The notes under the pieces were generated by a model that worked only from the letters and a program-made list of their open reading frames with translations, ran no database searches and was not told where the DNA came from. DNA of 56,822 bases from Myxococcota bacterium (GTDB lineage Bacteria; Myxococcota; JACRCW01), in the NCBI GenBank assembly GCA_040752415.1, contig JBFMGU010000030.1:1-56822 (forward strand). The letters run 5' to 3'. Shown here piece by piece: positions 18,038 to 27,557 of the stretch. The first letter of the stretch is position 1. Each line of letters opens with the position of its first letter. The translations under genes and the position numbers were made by a program.

Positions 18038-19069
18038 ATGGGCGCAGCGGTTGCCAGCTGGTCGGGAGCGTCGTCGCTGGTGCGCAGGACGGCCGCGCGG
18101 CTGCAGGCGGCGGGGCGCGTGGGTTTCTACGGTGCCAGCAGCAAGGCGATGTGGAAGAGCGCGTTGCCCTGGACGCAGCTGGAGGAGGAGACGCGCGACC
18201 TCGACCTGCGGGACGCCTATGACCTCCACGTGCGCGTGCTGCAACGCAAGGGCATGCGGCACGTGTTGCGCGCGGTGGAGAAGGAGGACCTGGCCACGCT
18301 GCCCTTCTTTGCGGCGTTCATCCCGCTGGACCTGCTGCGCGTGGCGCGCAAGCGGCGCGGCGGCCTCACCGACCTGCCCGTCTCTCCGCCCGACACGTTC
18401 CCCTACCCCAGCTACTACCTGCACGACTTCCACCATCAGGCCAACGGCAACCTCTCGCTGCGCGCCGCGCTGACCTATGAGTGGCAGATCCGCTTCCTGT
18501 TCCTGGGCACCAACCGGCTCATGCGCCAGGGCGTGGTCGACGAGATTCCACCCGGCGACCACCTGCGCATCCTGGACGTGGCGTGCGGGACCGCCTCCTG
18601 GTTCACGCAGGCGCGGCTGCAGGGTCGACATCACCGCATGCTGGGCGTGGACCTCTCTCCGCACTACCTGCGCGTGGCGCGGCTGTTCCGGGGCAAGCAC
18701 GCGGAGTTCCAGCGGATGGCGGCGGAGGCGTTGGACCCGGGGTGGACCGGCCGCTTTGACGTGGTGACCTGCATCTGGATGTTCCACGAGATGCCGCAGG
18801 ACGCGCGCGACCGCGCCACCGAGGAGATGGTGCGGGTGCTCAAGCCAGGCGGGAAGCTGGTGTTCATGGACGCGGTGCAGCCCGCGGACGTGCCCCACGT
18901 CAACATGCGCGGCGTGGGTGAGCACTTCGAGGACTTCTTCGCCGAGCCCTATTTCGAGGATTACCTGCGCATGGACCTGCCGACGCACTTCGCGCGGCAC
19001 GGGCTGCAGCTGCGCAACACCACGGTGTGGTACCGCAGCAAGGTGATGGCGCTGTACAAGGCGCAGTGA
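18038..19069 (+). CDS. Class I SAM-dependent methyltransferase
   Basis: ILDVACGT, GVDLS, FDVV, FHEMP, RVLKPGG; YYLHDFHHQ family motif. Confidence 0.85.
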   Translation: MGAAVASWSGASSLVRRTAARLQAAGRVGFYGASSKAMWKSALPWTQLEEETRDLDLRDAYDLHVRVLQRKGMRHVLRAVEKEDLATLPFFAAFIPLDLLRVARKRRGGLTDLPVSPPDTFPYPSYYLHDFHHQANGNLSLRAALTYEWQIRFLFLGTNRLMRQGVVDEIPPGDHLRILDVACGTASWFTQARLQGRHHRMLGVDLSPHYLRVARLFRGKHAEFQRMAAEALDPGWTGRFDVVTCIWMFHEMPQDARDRATEEMVRVLKPGGKLVFMDAVQPADVPHVNMRGVGEHFEDFFAEPYFEDYLRMDLPTHFARHGLQLRNTTVWYRSKVMALYKAQ

Positions 19070-19115
19070 GGGCTCACGACGGCGTGCGTGGTTGGCGCCG
19101 CTGTCTTAGCCCTCC

Positions 19116-19625
19116 TTAGTTGCGAGACGGATAGATGCCGAACATGCAGATGATGTAGTTGAGCGCCAGGTACGGCGGCATGTTGTTGTGCGGCTGGCTG
19201 CTTCCCGTGACGCCGACCATGGCGGCATTCATCGTGGTGTTGGGGGTGTTGCTGTAGACGTTGGAGCCGGCCGCCGCCAGGAACGCGTTGGTGGGCTCCG
19301 CCGCCGCGGCGGCCTGGCTGCTCGCGGACACCTGGTGCGTGTGCGCGGGAAGCTCGCTGGTCAGCAGCGTCACGGACTCCGCTCCGCCCAGCTGGCCCAG
19401 GTTGTAGTCGCTCAGACCGGCGCCCTGACCCGCGCCAATGGCGGTGCGTCCCCTCAGGTCCGGCAACGCGAACGTGGTCTGGCCGTTGCCGCCGTAGGTG
19501 GTGCCCAGGATGGAGAACAGCGCCGTGTTCTGGGCGATGGGCAGGATTTGCCCCATGCAGAACGCCCAGCTCTGCGGCGCAAAGTTCCCCGCGAAGAGCC
19601 TGATTTCACCGATGTATCCTTCCAC
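19116..19625 (-). CDS. Phage tail-collar domain protein (MdpB-like), copy 2
   Basis: YIGEIRLFAGNFAP, ALFSILGTTYGGNGQTTFALPDLRGR, HTH, PHNNMPPYL, GIYPSRN; GTG start. Confidence 0.92.
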   Translation of the reverse strand: MEGYIGEIRLFAGNFAPQSWAFCMGQILPIAQNTALFSILGTTYGGNGQTTFALPDLRGRTAIGAGQGAGLSDYNLGQLGGAESVTLLTSELPAHTHQVSASSQAAAAAEPTNAFLAAAGSNVYSNTPNTTMNAAMVGVTGSSQPHNNMPPYLALNYIICMFGIYPSRN

Positions 19626-19696
19626 GATTCACTCCTGTCTGGCGGGTCGCGGCCCCCTCGGCATCCGAAGCTCGCGGCGCACCGTTTCCGGGGCCG

Positions 19697-20200
19697 TCAG
19701 TTCTGCGACGGGAAGATACCGCTGAGGCAGATGATGTAGTTGAGCCCCAGGTAGGGCGGCATGTTCTCGTGCGGCTGGGATCCCCCGACGGACTGCAGGA
19801 GCGCGGAGCCCACCTGCGTTTCGGCCGCGGAGCCGTAGAGCGTGGCTGCGGCGGGATAAGCCCCCGCGGGGCTGGTGGTGGTGCCGGCCGCGCTGGACGC
19901 CGCAATCAGGTGCGTGTGGCTGGGGACCTGGTTCTGGGTGAGGGTCACCGTCTCCACGCCACCCGCCTCACCTTGAGTGCGTGCGGTCAGACCCGACCCC
20001 GTCCCCGCGGACAGCGGGAAACGGCCGCGGAGGTCGGGCAGCGCGAAGGTCGATTCACCGTCGCCGCCGTAGGTGGTGCCGAGGATCGCGAACAGCGCCG
20101 AGTACTCCGCAATCGAGAGCAACTGGCCATTGCAGAACGCCCAGGACAACGGCGCGAAGTTGCCAGCGAACAGGCGGATCTCTCCAAGGTACCCTTCCAC
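19697..20200 (-). CDS. Phage tail-collar domain protein (MdpB-like), copy 1
   Basis: YLGEIRLFAGNFAP, LGTTYGGDG, FALPDLRGR, HTH, PHENMPPYL, GIFPSQN; GGAG RBS and GTG start. Confidence 0.92.
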   Translation of the reverse strand: MEGYLGEIRLFAGNFAPLSWAFCNGQLLSIAEYSALFAILGTTYGGDGESTFALPDLRGRFPLSAGTGSGLTARTQGEAGGVETVTLTQNQVPSHTHLIAASSAAGTTTSPAGAYPAAATLYGSAAETQVGSALLQSVGGSQPHENMPPYLGLNYIICLSGIFPSQN

Positions 20201-20219
20201 GGATCCACTCCTTCCCGCG

Positions 20220-20645
20220 TCACGCCCGACGGATGTTGAACACTGCCTGGTAGTAGACCGTGCCGTCGGCACGCGGGCGGTCCACCTGGGACACGAAGAT
20301 GTCCTGCCGCGGCAATCCCCGACCCCGCAGCGGCAGGGGCACACGGGGCGCCTTCGCCAACGGCTGCCCCACGAACAGCACGGAAAAACTCACGAACTCA
20401 CCCACGCCCTTGGCCACCATCACCTTCTTCTCGGTGGTCTCCACCACCTCCAGCGGATGGATGGCGCCGTCTTCCAGCACAAGGTCGACCCGTTCCCCGC
20501 GCAACGCGCTGAAGGACTGGTGGGTCTCCTCGGCGCTGGGCTTTCGCTCGACACACGCGCCTCCGGCCACCACCACCGCGCCCGCCAGGCCGAGATGGAG
20601 CAATTCGCGTCGGTTAAGCGCTGCGGGAGCAAGGGGCATGGGCAT
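20220..20645 (-). CDS. Tat-signal lipoprotein, DUF6916-like
   Basis: NRRELL twin-Arg, hydrophobic stretch and GGAC; FSVLF.G, IFVSQV and terminal YQAVFN typical of DUF6916. Confidence 0.7.
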   Translation of the reverse strand: MPMPLAPAALNRRELLHLGLAGAVVVAGGACVERKPSAEETHQSFSALRGERVDLVLEDGAIHPLEVVETTEKKVMVAKGVGEFVSFSVLFVGQPLAKAPRVPLPLRGRGLPRQDIFVSQVDRPRADGTVYYQAVFNIRRA

Positions 20646-20828
20646 TTCCGGGGGAGGGGATGCGTCATCCTTGTGAGCCCGGCCGCGGAAGTCAACCCCA
20701 ATCTTTAGCTCTCACCGAAAACACTTCTAAACCACGTAGTCCTTGGCAGCGCACCTCGGAAGTGACACTGTGGCGCGCCTCTTCGTCGCTCGCCGGCGCT
20801 CCCCTCACAAGCCTCTTTCGGGTTGGCC

Positions 20829-23800
20829 ATGACCACCACGCTTTCCCCACGTCGTTCCGTCCCAGGTCACGCCGTCGTGACGCGCTTCTTCTCCGCGCTC
20901 GTGCTGGTGCTCGCTGGGGTGATGGGCGGCGGCAACGCCCGGGCCACCACGTTCAGCAGCAGCTCGCTGGAGTCGGGGGACGGTGCCGCCAACGTCTTCA
21001 GCGGCGCGGCCCACAACGTCGACGGTGACAGCTTCGCCTTCTGGCGTGACGGCGAGGGCTCCTCCGCAACCTACCGTCTCATGAAGTGGAATGGGACCGC
21101 GTGGAGCACGGTGGGCTCGTTTGCGGCCACCAGCGTGTCCGGCCTCACCGGCGCCAGTGACGACGTCTCCCTGGCCATCGACAGCACCGGCGGTTTCCAC
21201 GTGGTCTTCCGCGGCTACGCGGGGAGCGGACTGAGCAGCACGCGCGCGGTCTGGTACGGATACAGCACCGCCGGGACGTCGTGGTCGTTCACCCAGCTGC
21301 ACGCCGCCAGCAGCGCCCAGGGCTTCTCCAACCTTGACGACCCCATGGTCCGACTGGACGCGGGCAACCGCCCGCACGTGGTGTTTCTCGTCGTGGATGC
21401 TTCCGGCGGCAGCACCCATTCCCTGCGCCACCACCACCACGACGGCACCAGCTGGCAGTCCGAGGTGATCTACTCCCAGACCGGCGGCGGCACGGAGCGC
21501 AACGAGATCAACGACTTCTCCTTTGACCTCGACCTGGACGGCAAGCTCCACGTGGCGTTCCAGGGCGAGAGCGTCGGCACCGGCACCGACGGCGGCCTCT
21601 GGTACGTCACCAACAGCAGTGGAAGCTGGAGCGTCCCCGTGATCCTGGCAGCGGGCGCGGCGGGCTCACCGCAGGCGGAGGACGTGAGCCTGGCGGTCGA
21701 CGGCGCGGGCAAGGTCCACATCGCCCACCGCAACAAGGACAGCGAGCAGAAGATCTTCCACACCAGCAACGTGTCGGGCTCCTTTGTGAACCACGGTCAG
21801 CTCAACGGGAGCGTGACGGGCACATTCAACGCGTCGTCGCTGCGGGCCAACACCGACGGAGACCTCCTGCTCGCCTACCACGCCGGCTCCGGGGTCATCC
21901 GCGCGGCCCACAAGTTCCATGACTCTTCTGCCTGGGACGTGGACCTGGCGTTCACCGGCAACGGACACACCGGCATGTTCATCTCCGCGGACCTCACCGA
22001 CGCGGGCCAGGCCACCATCCTCTTCGACCACCTCCCCGGCGGCGGCACCCCCGGCGCAGGCAACCCGCGGGAGCTGCGCGGTGCCACGGCCACCTACAGC
22101 GCCTGCACCCCCAGCACGGAGGTTTGTGACGGCGTGGACAACAACTGCGACGGCGCCACCGACGAGGGCAACCCCGGCAGCGGCGAGGCGTGCAACACCG
22201 GGCTGCAGGGCGTGTGCGCCGCCGGCACCACCGCGTGCAGCGGCGGATCCATCTGGTGCAACCAGAACGTGCAGCCCAGCACCGAGACCTGCGACGGACT
22301 GGACAACAACTGCAACGGCACCACCGACGAGGGAAACCCCGGCGGCGGGCAGCAGTGCAGCACGGGACTCCTGGGCGTGTGCTCCACGGGAACCACCGCG
22401 TGCAGCGGCGGATCCCTGCAGTGCAACCAAAACGCGCAGCCCAGCGCCGAGGCCTGCGACGGACTGGACAACAACTGCAACGGCGCCACCGACGAGGGAA
22501 ACCCCGGCGGCGGGCAGCAGTGCAGCACGGGACTCCTGGGCGTGTGCTCCACCGGAACCACCGCGTGCAGCGGCGGATCCCTGCAGTGCAACCAAAACGT
22601 GCAGCCCAGCGCCGAGGCCTGCGACGGATCGGACAACAACTGCAACGGCGCCACCGACGAGGGAAACCCCGGCGGCGGGCAGCAGTGCAGCACCGGACTC
22701 CTGGGCGTGTGCTCCGCCGGCACCACCGCGTGCAGCGGCGGATCGATCTGGTGCAACCAGAACGTGCAGCCCGGCACCGAGACCTGCGACGGACTGGACA
22801 ACAACTGCAACGGCGCCACCGACGAGGGAAACCCCGGCGGCGGGCAGCAGTGCAGCACGGGACTCCTGGGCGTGTGCTCCGCGGGAACCACCGCGTGCAC
22901 CAACGGCTCCGTCGCCTGCAACCAGAACGTGCAACCCAGCGCCGAGGCCTGCGACGGACTGGACAACAACTGCAACGGCGCCACCGACGACGGAAACCCC
23001 GGCGGCGGCGTGGCGTGCGTATCCGCCTACCCCGGCGTCTGCTCCGCCGGCACCACGGCCTGCGAGGAGGGCGCGCTGGCATGCAACCCGGATGTGGCGC
23101 CGGGCAGCCAATACGAGACGGGCGACGGCCAGGACAACGACTGCGACGGCAACGTTGACGACGGCGTGCCAGTGATCCTGCAGGGCCCGCCCGCGGTGGT
23201 GATCGTCGGTGACCTGGTGACGCTGCGCGGTCGCGTCTTGCCCCTGCCGGTGTCCCAGCCGCTGGAGTTCGTGTCCGACGACGTGGTGCTGTGTTCCGGT
23301 GCTGTCGACGGTGAGGGGCAGGCCACGTGCACCTGGCAGGTCACCGAGCCGGGCGAGTACAACGTGTTCGCGCGCAACTGGGAGAACGGCAACGCGCTGG
23401 TGAGCGCCACCCAGCACACCACCGCGTATGGCGACGCCACGGTGACGGAGTTCCCACAAAGCGTCTACGCCCGGCCCAATGTCCCCGTGGACGTGGCGGT
23501 GGACGTGCGCGTGGACAACACCAACCGCGACCCCATCGCGGACGAGGCCGACGGTGACGAGGTGGAATTCCTCGTCGACGGCGAGCCGGCGGACCTGGTG
23601 ACCGCCTCCAGCCAGGGTCGCTTCGAGGCCACCGCGCTGGTCTTCAGCAGCACGGGCAGCTACGCGCTGGATGCGCTGTACTCCGGTCAGCTTCATGACT
23701 ACGCGCCCAGCGCAGCGTCCACCACCGTGGTTGTCGACGGAGATTTTCCGGTGGTGAGCGTTCCGCCCAACATCGTCGTGGAGGCCAACAGCGCCGCGGG

Positions 23801-24464
23801 CATGGTGGTCACCTGGTCTCCGGCCACCGCCACCGACGCGACGAGCGGCGTGGCGTCCCTGACCTGCAGCGCCACCTCCGGGAGCGTGTTTGCCGTCACC
23901 AGCGGCCCGGTGACCGTGACCTGCACCGCCACCGACCGCGCGGGAAACCAGGGAAGCGCCAGCTTCACCGTCTGGGTCCGCGACACCACGGCGCCCACCC
24001 TCACCGTCCCCGGGCCAATCGTCGTGGAGCCCACATCGACCGCGGGCGCGGTGGTGAGCTTCTCCGTCGGCGCCACCGACACGGTCGACCCCGCTCCCGC
24101 GGTGGGCTGCGACCGCGCCTCCGGCGCGACGTACCCGCTGGGCACCACCACCGTGACCTGCACCACGTCGGACGCGCAGGGCAACACGTCGGTGCGCAGC
24201 TTCACCATCACCGTGCGCGACACGCGACCGCCGCTGGTCCGCATCACCATCGCCAAGACGGTGCGCGCTCCCAGCCCCAGCGGCGTGGTGTTGAACTTCA
24301 CCGCCAGCGCCACCGACCTCGCCGACGGCAACCTGGTCCCGGTGTGCACGCCCGCGTCGGGCTCGCTGTTCCCGGTGGGCAGCACCACCGTGACCTGCCG
24401 GGCCACCGACTCCAGCGGCAACATGGGAAGCGCGAGCGCGCTGGTTCGCGTCACCTACCCCTGA
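20829..24464 (+). CDS. Large secreted protein: beta-propeller-like N-terminus, Cys-rich (MopE-related/myxobacterial metal-binding) repeats, Ig-like domains, three HYR domains
   Basis: Signal peptide ending ARA; SLAID..G..HVV blades; EACDGLDNNCNGATDE repeats; DTTAP...SG..FP.G.TTVTC.ATD..GN HYR units. Confidence 0.88.
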   Translation: MTTTLSPRRSVPGHAVVTRFFSALVLVLAGVMGGGNARATTFSSSSLESGDGAANVFSGAAHNVDGDSFAFWRDGEGSSATYRLMKWNGTAWSTVGSFAATSVSGLTGASDDVSLAIDSTGGFHVVFRGYAGSGLSSTRAVWYGYSTAGTSWSFTQLHAASSAQGFSNLDDPMVRLDAGNRPHVVFLVVDASGGSTHSLRHHHHDGTSWQSEVIYSQTGGGTERNEINDFSFDLDLDGKLHVAFQGESVGTGTDGGLWYVTNSSGSWSVPVILAAGAAGSPQAEDVSLAVDGAGKVHIAHRNKDSEQKIFHTSNVSGSFVNHGQLNGSVTGTFNASSLRANTDGDLLLAYHAGSGVIRAAHKFHDSSAWDVDLAFTGNGHTGMFISADLTDAGQATILFDHLPGGGTPGAGNPRELRGATATYSACTPSTEVCDGVDNNCDGATDEGNPGSGEACNTGLQGVCAAGTTACSGGSIWCNQNVQPSTETCDGLDNNCNGTTDEGNPGGGQQCSTGLLGVCSTGTTACSGGSLQCNQNAQPSAEACDGLDNNCNGATDEGNPGGGQQCSTGLLGVCSTGTTACSGGSLQCNQNVQPSAEACDGSDNNCNGATDEGNPGGGQQCSTGLLGVCSAGTTACSGGSIWCNQNVQPGTETCDGLDNNCNGATDEGNPGGGQQCSTGLLGVCSAGTTACTNGSVACNQNVQPSAEACDGLDNNCNGATDDGNPGGGVACVSAYPGVCSAGTTACEEGALACNPDVAPGSQYETGDGQDNDCDGNVDDGVPVILQGPPAVVIVGDLVTLRGRVLPLPVSQPLEFVSDDVVLCSGAVDGEGQATCTWQVTEPGEYNVFARNWENGNALVSATQHTTAYGDATVTEFPQSVYARPNVPVDVAVDVRVDNTNRDPIADEADGDEVEFLVDGEPADLVTASSQGRFEATALVFSSTGSYALDALYSGQLHDYAPSAASTTVVVDGDFPVVSVPPNIVVEANSAAGMVVTWSPATATDATSGVASLTCSATSGSVFAVTSGPVTVTCTATDRAGNQGSASFTVWVRDTTAPTLTVPGPIVVEPTSTAGAVVSFSVGATDTVDPAPAVGCDRASGATYPLGTTTVTCTTSDAQGNTSVRSFTITVRDTRPPLVRITIAKTVRAPSPSGVVLNFTASATDLADGNLVPVCTPASGSLFPVGSTTVTCRATDSSGNMGSASALVRVTYP
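22125..23114 (+). repeat. Intragenic tandem repeat, six units of 165 bp (55 aa)
   Basis: CDG units start at 22125, 22290, 22455, 22620, 22785 and 22950; a degenerate seventh starts near 23121. Confidence 0.92.
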
Positions 24465-24554
24465 CCGCGTTTGCCGTCGTCACCGCAGGGCCACGGTGCA
24501 GTCCGCGCTGGCGGTGCCGTGGACGCTCCCGCGCGCGCCGTGACACCGTGGGTC

Positions 24555-25703
24555 ATGCGCATCCACTCCATCCGCCTGCCTCTGCGCTTCAACGCAGCCG
24601 CAATGTTGGCGGAGGTGCTGGCCCTCCCCACGACGTGGCGCCCGCACGACAACCAGGGTGACTACACCGGGGAATGGCAGGCGCTGGCCTTGCGCTCGCT
24701 GGGGGGCAGCCTCACCAACCTGATGGGCGAAGGCGCGCCGGGCGTACGGTTCCTGGACACCGCGCTCCTGGCCGCATGCCCCACCATTGCGCATGCGGTG
24801 AACGAGCTGCAGTGCGAGAAGCGGTCGATCCGGGTGCTGAACCTGAAGCCCGGTGCCGTCATCAAGGAGCACCACGACCCGGGGCTCTCCTACGAGGACG
24901 GCCTGGCGCGCATCCACATCCCGCTGCAGACGCACAGCGGAGTCCGCTTCACGGTGGCGCGTCGGCTGGTGCCCATGCAGACGGGAGAGTGCTGGTACGT
25001 GAACTTCAGCGCGCCCCACGGCGTCGTCAATGAGGGCGCGGTCGACCGCATCCACCTGGTGCTGGACTGCGTGGTCAATGACTGGATCCACCACCTGTTC
25101 CAGAATGCTCCCGAGAGAGAAGCCATGGACGAATCCGAGCTCGCGCGCGCCAAACCGGCAGCTCCCCACCCCGCTCCCGCGGATGGTCCCGTGGACCAGG
25201 CCCTGCTCACGAGGATTACCGCGTTCCTCGACGAGATCGGGATTCCCTGTCGTGCCGGCACCATCTCGCGCGCCACCGTGTTGCCGGGGTTGGACATCCA
25301 GGACGGAGTGCTCCTCTTTGACCTGTCACGGCGCCCCCACCTGGGCGACCTCCTGCACGAAGCGGGTCACCTGGCCGTGTTGAAGCCGGACGTCCGCGCC
25401 ACGGCGACCGCGCCCGACAACCTCGTGGGAGACCTGGACGTGGGGGCGGCGGAGATGGGGGCGATTGCGTGGTCCTGGGCCGCGGTGGTGCATCTGGGCC
25501 TGGACCCGGAGGTGGTGTTCCACGCACACGGCTACCGCGGGAATGCACGGCAGCTCGTCGCGGACTTCAAGGCGGGACGGTACCTGGCGGTTCCGCTGCT
25601 GCAGTGGATGGGGATGACCACCGACCCGCATGGTCGCGGGCCGCGGGGAACGCAGGTCTATCCCGCCATGAAGCACTGGCTAAGGCCGGCTTCCCCCACC
25701 TGA
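24555..25703 (+). CDS. Aspartyl/asparaginyl beta-hydroxylase (2OG-Fe) domain fused to a C-terminal HExxH domain
   Basis: IKEHHD (HxD), RIHIPL, GECWY.N...PHGV.N, RIHLVLD; Pro/Ala linker; GDLLHEAGHLA...AEMGAIAWS...YPAMKHWLR. Confidence 0.85.
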   Translation: MRIHSIRLPLRFNAAAMLAEVLALPTTWRPHDNQGDYTGEWQALALRSLGGSLTNLMGEGAPGVRFLDTALLAACPTIAHAVNELQCEKRSIRVLNLKPGAVIKEHHDPGLSYEDGLARIHIPLQTHSGVRFTVARRLVPMQTGECWYVNFSAPHGVVNEGAVDRIHLVLDCVVNDWIHHLFQNAPEREAMDESELARAKPAAPHPAPADGPVDQALLTRITAFLDEIGIPCRAGTISRATVLPGLDIQDGVLLFDLSRRPHLGDLLHEAGHLAVLKPDVRATATAPDNLVGDLDVGAAEMGAIAWSWAAVVHLGLDPEVVFHAHGYRGNARQLVADFKAGRYLAVPLLQWMGMTTDPHGRGPRGTQVYPAMKHWLRPASPT

Positions 25704-25709
25704 GCGCGC

Positions 25710-27548
25710 TTACGGGAGGACGGGAACATCACCCGCGGAGGACGGAGACTCGTTGTCACCGATGTTGTTGGTGTTCCCATAGCCCAGCTGACCCGACGCA
25801 CCGATGCCCCAGCACCGCACTCCGTTGTCCAACCGCGCGCAGGTGAACGCCGTGCCGGTCCCCACCGCGGACACCCCTCCACCCACGTCGACGTCACCGG
25901 CGAAGGAAGGCGCCTCGTTGTCGCCGATGCTGAACGAGTTCTCGTAGCCCAGCTGGCCCGACGCGCCACTGCCCCAGCAGCGGACGTTGCCGTTGGTCAG
26001 CGTCACACAGGTGTGGCTGCCGCCACAGGAGACCTGCTGCACGGAGCCGCCCACGGCCACGGCACCCGCGGAGGCAGGGAACTCGTCGTCGCCAATGTTG
26101 TCGGTGGCGCCGTAGCCCAGGCGTCCGTCGGAACCCTCGCCCCAGCACACCACGCTGCCGGACTCGAGGAGCGCACAGGTGTGGCGCGCGCCGGCGGAGA
26201 TCTGGACCACCGCGTCGCCAAGCGGGACCAACCCCGCGGCCGCGGGCACCTCGTTGTCGCCCACCGTGGTGGTGTTTCCATAGCCCAGCTGCCCCAGGAC
26301 CCCGTAGCCCCAACACACCACCGCCGCGCTCGAGAGCAGCGCGCACGTGTGGGAACCGCCCGCAGCCAGGGCAACCGCCACGTCCCCGACGTCCACGTTG
26401 CCGGCTGACGCGGGCGTCTCGTTGTCCCCGATGTCGTCGCCGTTCGCGTATCCCAGGCGCCCGTTGGCGGCGGCGCCCCAGCAGCGGATGCTGCCGTAGT
26501 TCAGCAGCGCACACGTGTGGGCTGCGCCGGCGGCCAGGTCGACCACCACGCCGCCGACGTCCACATCGCCAACGGAGGCGGGCGCCTCGGTGTCGCCGAC
26601 GGGGTTGATGTTGCCGTAGCCCAGGCGACCATTGGCGGCCCGGCCCCAGCACCGCACGCTGCCGTTGCTCAGCAACGCACACGTGTGATCGTCCCCCGCC
26701 ACCACCTTGGTCACCGCCCCGCCCACGTTGACGTCGCCAGCGGAGCGGGGCTCCTCGTTGTCACCGATGTCGAAGACGTTGCCGTAGCCCAGCTGACCAT
26801 GATCTCCGTCGCCCCAGCAGCGAACGGCTCCGGTGTTCAACAGCACGCAGGCATGTCGCCCCCCCACCGCCAGCCCCACCAACGGACCACCCGCCGAGGA
26901 GGAACTGCTCGACGAGCTGGACGACGACGACGACGACGATGAGGACGAAGACGACGAGGAAGTGCTGGAGGACGCTCCGCTGCTGGAGGTCGATGACGTG
27001 GAGGTGACGGAGCTGGTGGAGGACGAGGAGGAAGAGCTTCCTGATGATGTCGACGAACTGGAGGAGACCGACGAGCTGGAAGGCGACGTCGCGGACGAGC
27101 TGCTGGAAGACGACGATGACGAGCTGGAGGAACTCGCTGAGCTGGTGCCCGGCGCGCTGCTTGAGGTCTGCGCCCCGGATGAGGACGAGGATGATGCGCT
27201 GCTCGACGTCGCCGTCAACGCGGACGAGGAGGACGTGCTGGTGGAGGAGGATGAAGCCGTCGAGCTTGCGGAGGAAGAAGACGTGCTCGAACCGGTCGAC
27301 GAGGTGTGCAGGGAGGAGCTCGAACCCGTGCTGCTGCTGGAACCCAACCCGCCATCCGCCGTCGCGGCGACGCAGTGCCCCTCCGCGCAGGTCTCTCCCA
27401 GCGCGCAATCCGCCGCCTCCGTGCACGCCACCGGCACCGTGCACGACGTCGTCACGAGACCGGAAACCACGACGAGGAAGACCGGGAGCTGCGCGCTCCA
27501 GCGCGGTCGCGCGGACGTCGCCAGGGAGTGGAGTGCGGTGAACTTCAT
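25710..27548 (-). CDS. RCC1-repeat beta-propeller protein with long Ser-rich stalk, probable lipoprotein
   Basis: About seven AG..HTCALL..G.VRCWG....G.LGYGN repeats; TTSC lipobox-like; Cys-rich mini-domain. Confidence 0.9.
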   Translation of the reverse strand: MKFTALHSLATSARPRWSAQLPVFLVVVSGLVTTSCTVPVACTEAADCALGETCAEGHCVAATADGGLGSSSSTGSSSSLHTSSTGSSTSSSSASSTASSSSTSTSSSSALTATSSSASSSSSSGAQTSSSAPGTSSASSSSSSSSSSSSSSATSPSSSSVSSSSSTSSGSSSSSSSTSSVTSTSSTSSSGASSSTSSSSSSSSSSSSSSSSSSSSSSAGGPLVGLAVGGRHACVLLNTGAVRCWGDGDHGQLGYGNVFDIGDNEEPRSAGDVNVGGAVTKVVAGDDHTCALLSNGSVRCWGRAANGRLGYGNINPVGDTEAPASVGDVDVGGVVVDLAAGAAHTCALLNYGSIRCWGAAANGRLGYANGDDIGDNETPASAGNVDVGDVAVALAAGGSHTCALLSSAAVVCWGYGVLGQLGYGNTTTVGDNEVPAAAGLVPLGDAVVQISAGARHTCALLESGSVVCWGEGSDGRLGYGATDNIGDDEFPASAGAVAVGGSVQQVSCGGSHTCVTLTNGNVRCWGSGASGQLGYENSFSIGDNEAPSFAGDVDVGGGVSAVGTGTAFTCARLDNGVRCWGIGASGQLGYGNTNNIGDNESPSSAGDVPVLP

Positions 27549-27557
27549 CGTCGTGTC

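Noticed and set aside
18009..18040. Direct repeat CGGAGGCGTCAT twice (also a 12-bp tandem repeat near 28627-28651)
   Set aside because: Short local duplications over start regions with no further support
19116..20200. Tail-collar genes as evidence of a prophage or tailocin
   Set aside because: No terminase, capsid, sheath, tube, baseplate, lysis or integrase gene in the window
22125..23114. Regular repeat array considered as CRISPR
   Set aside because: The units are 165 bp, in frame and coding, with no unique spacers and no cas genes
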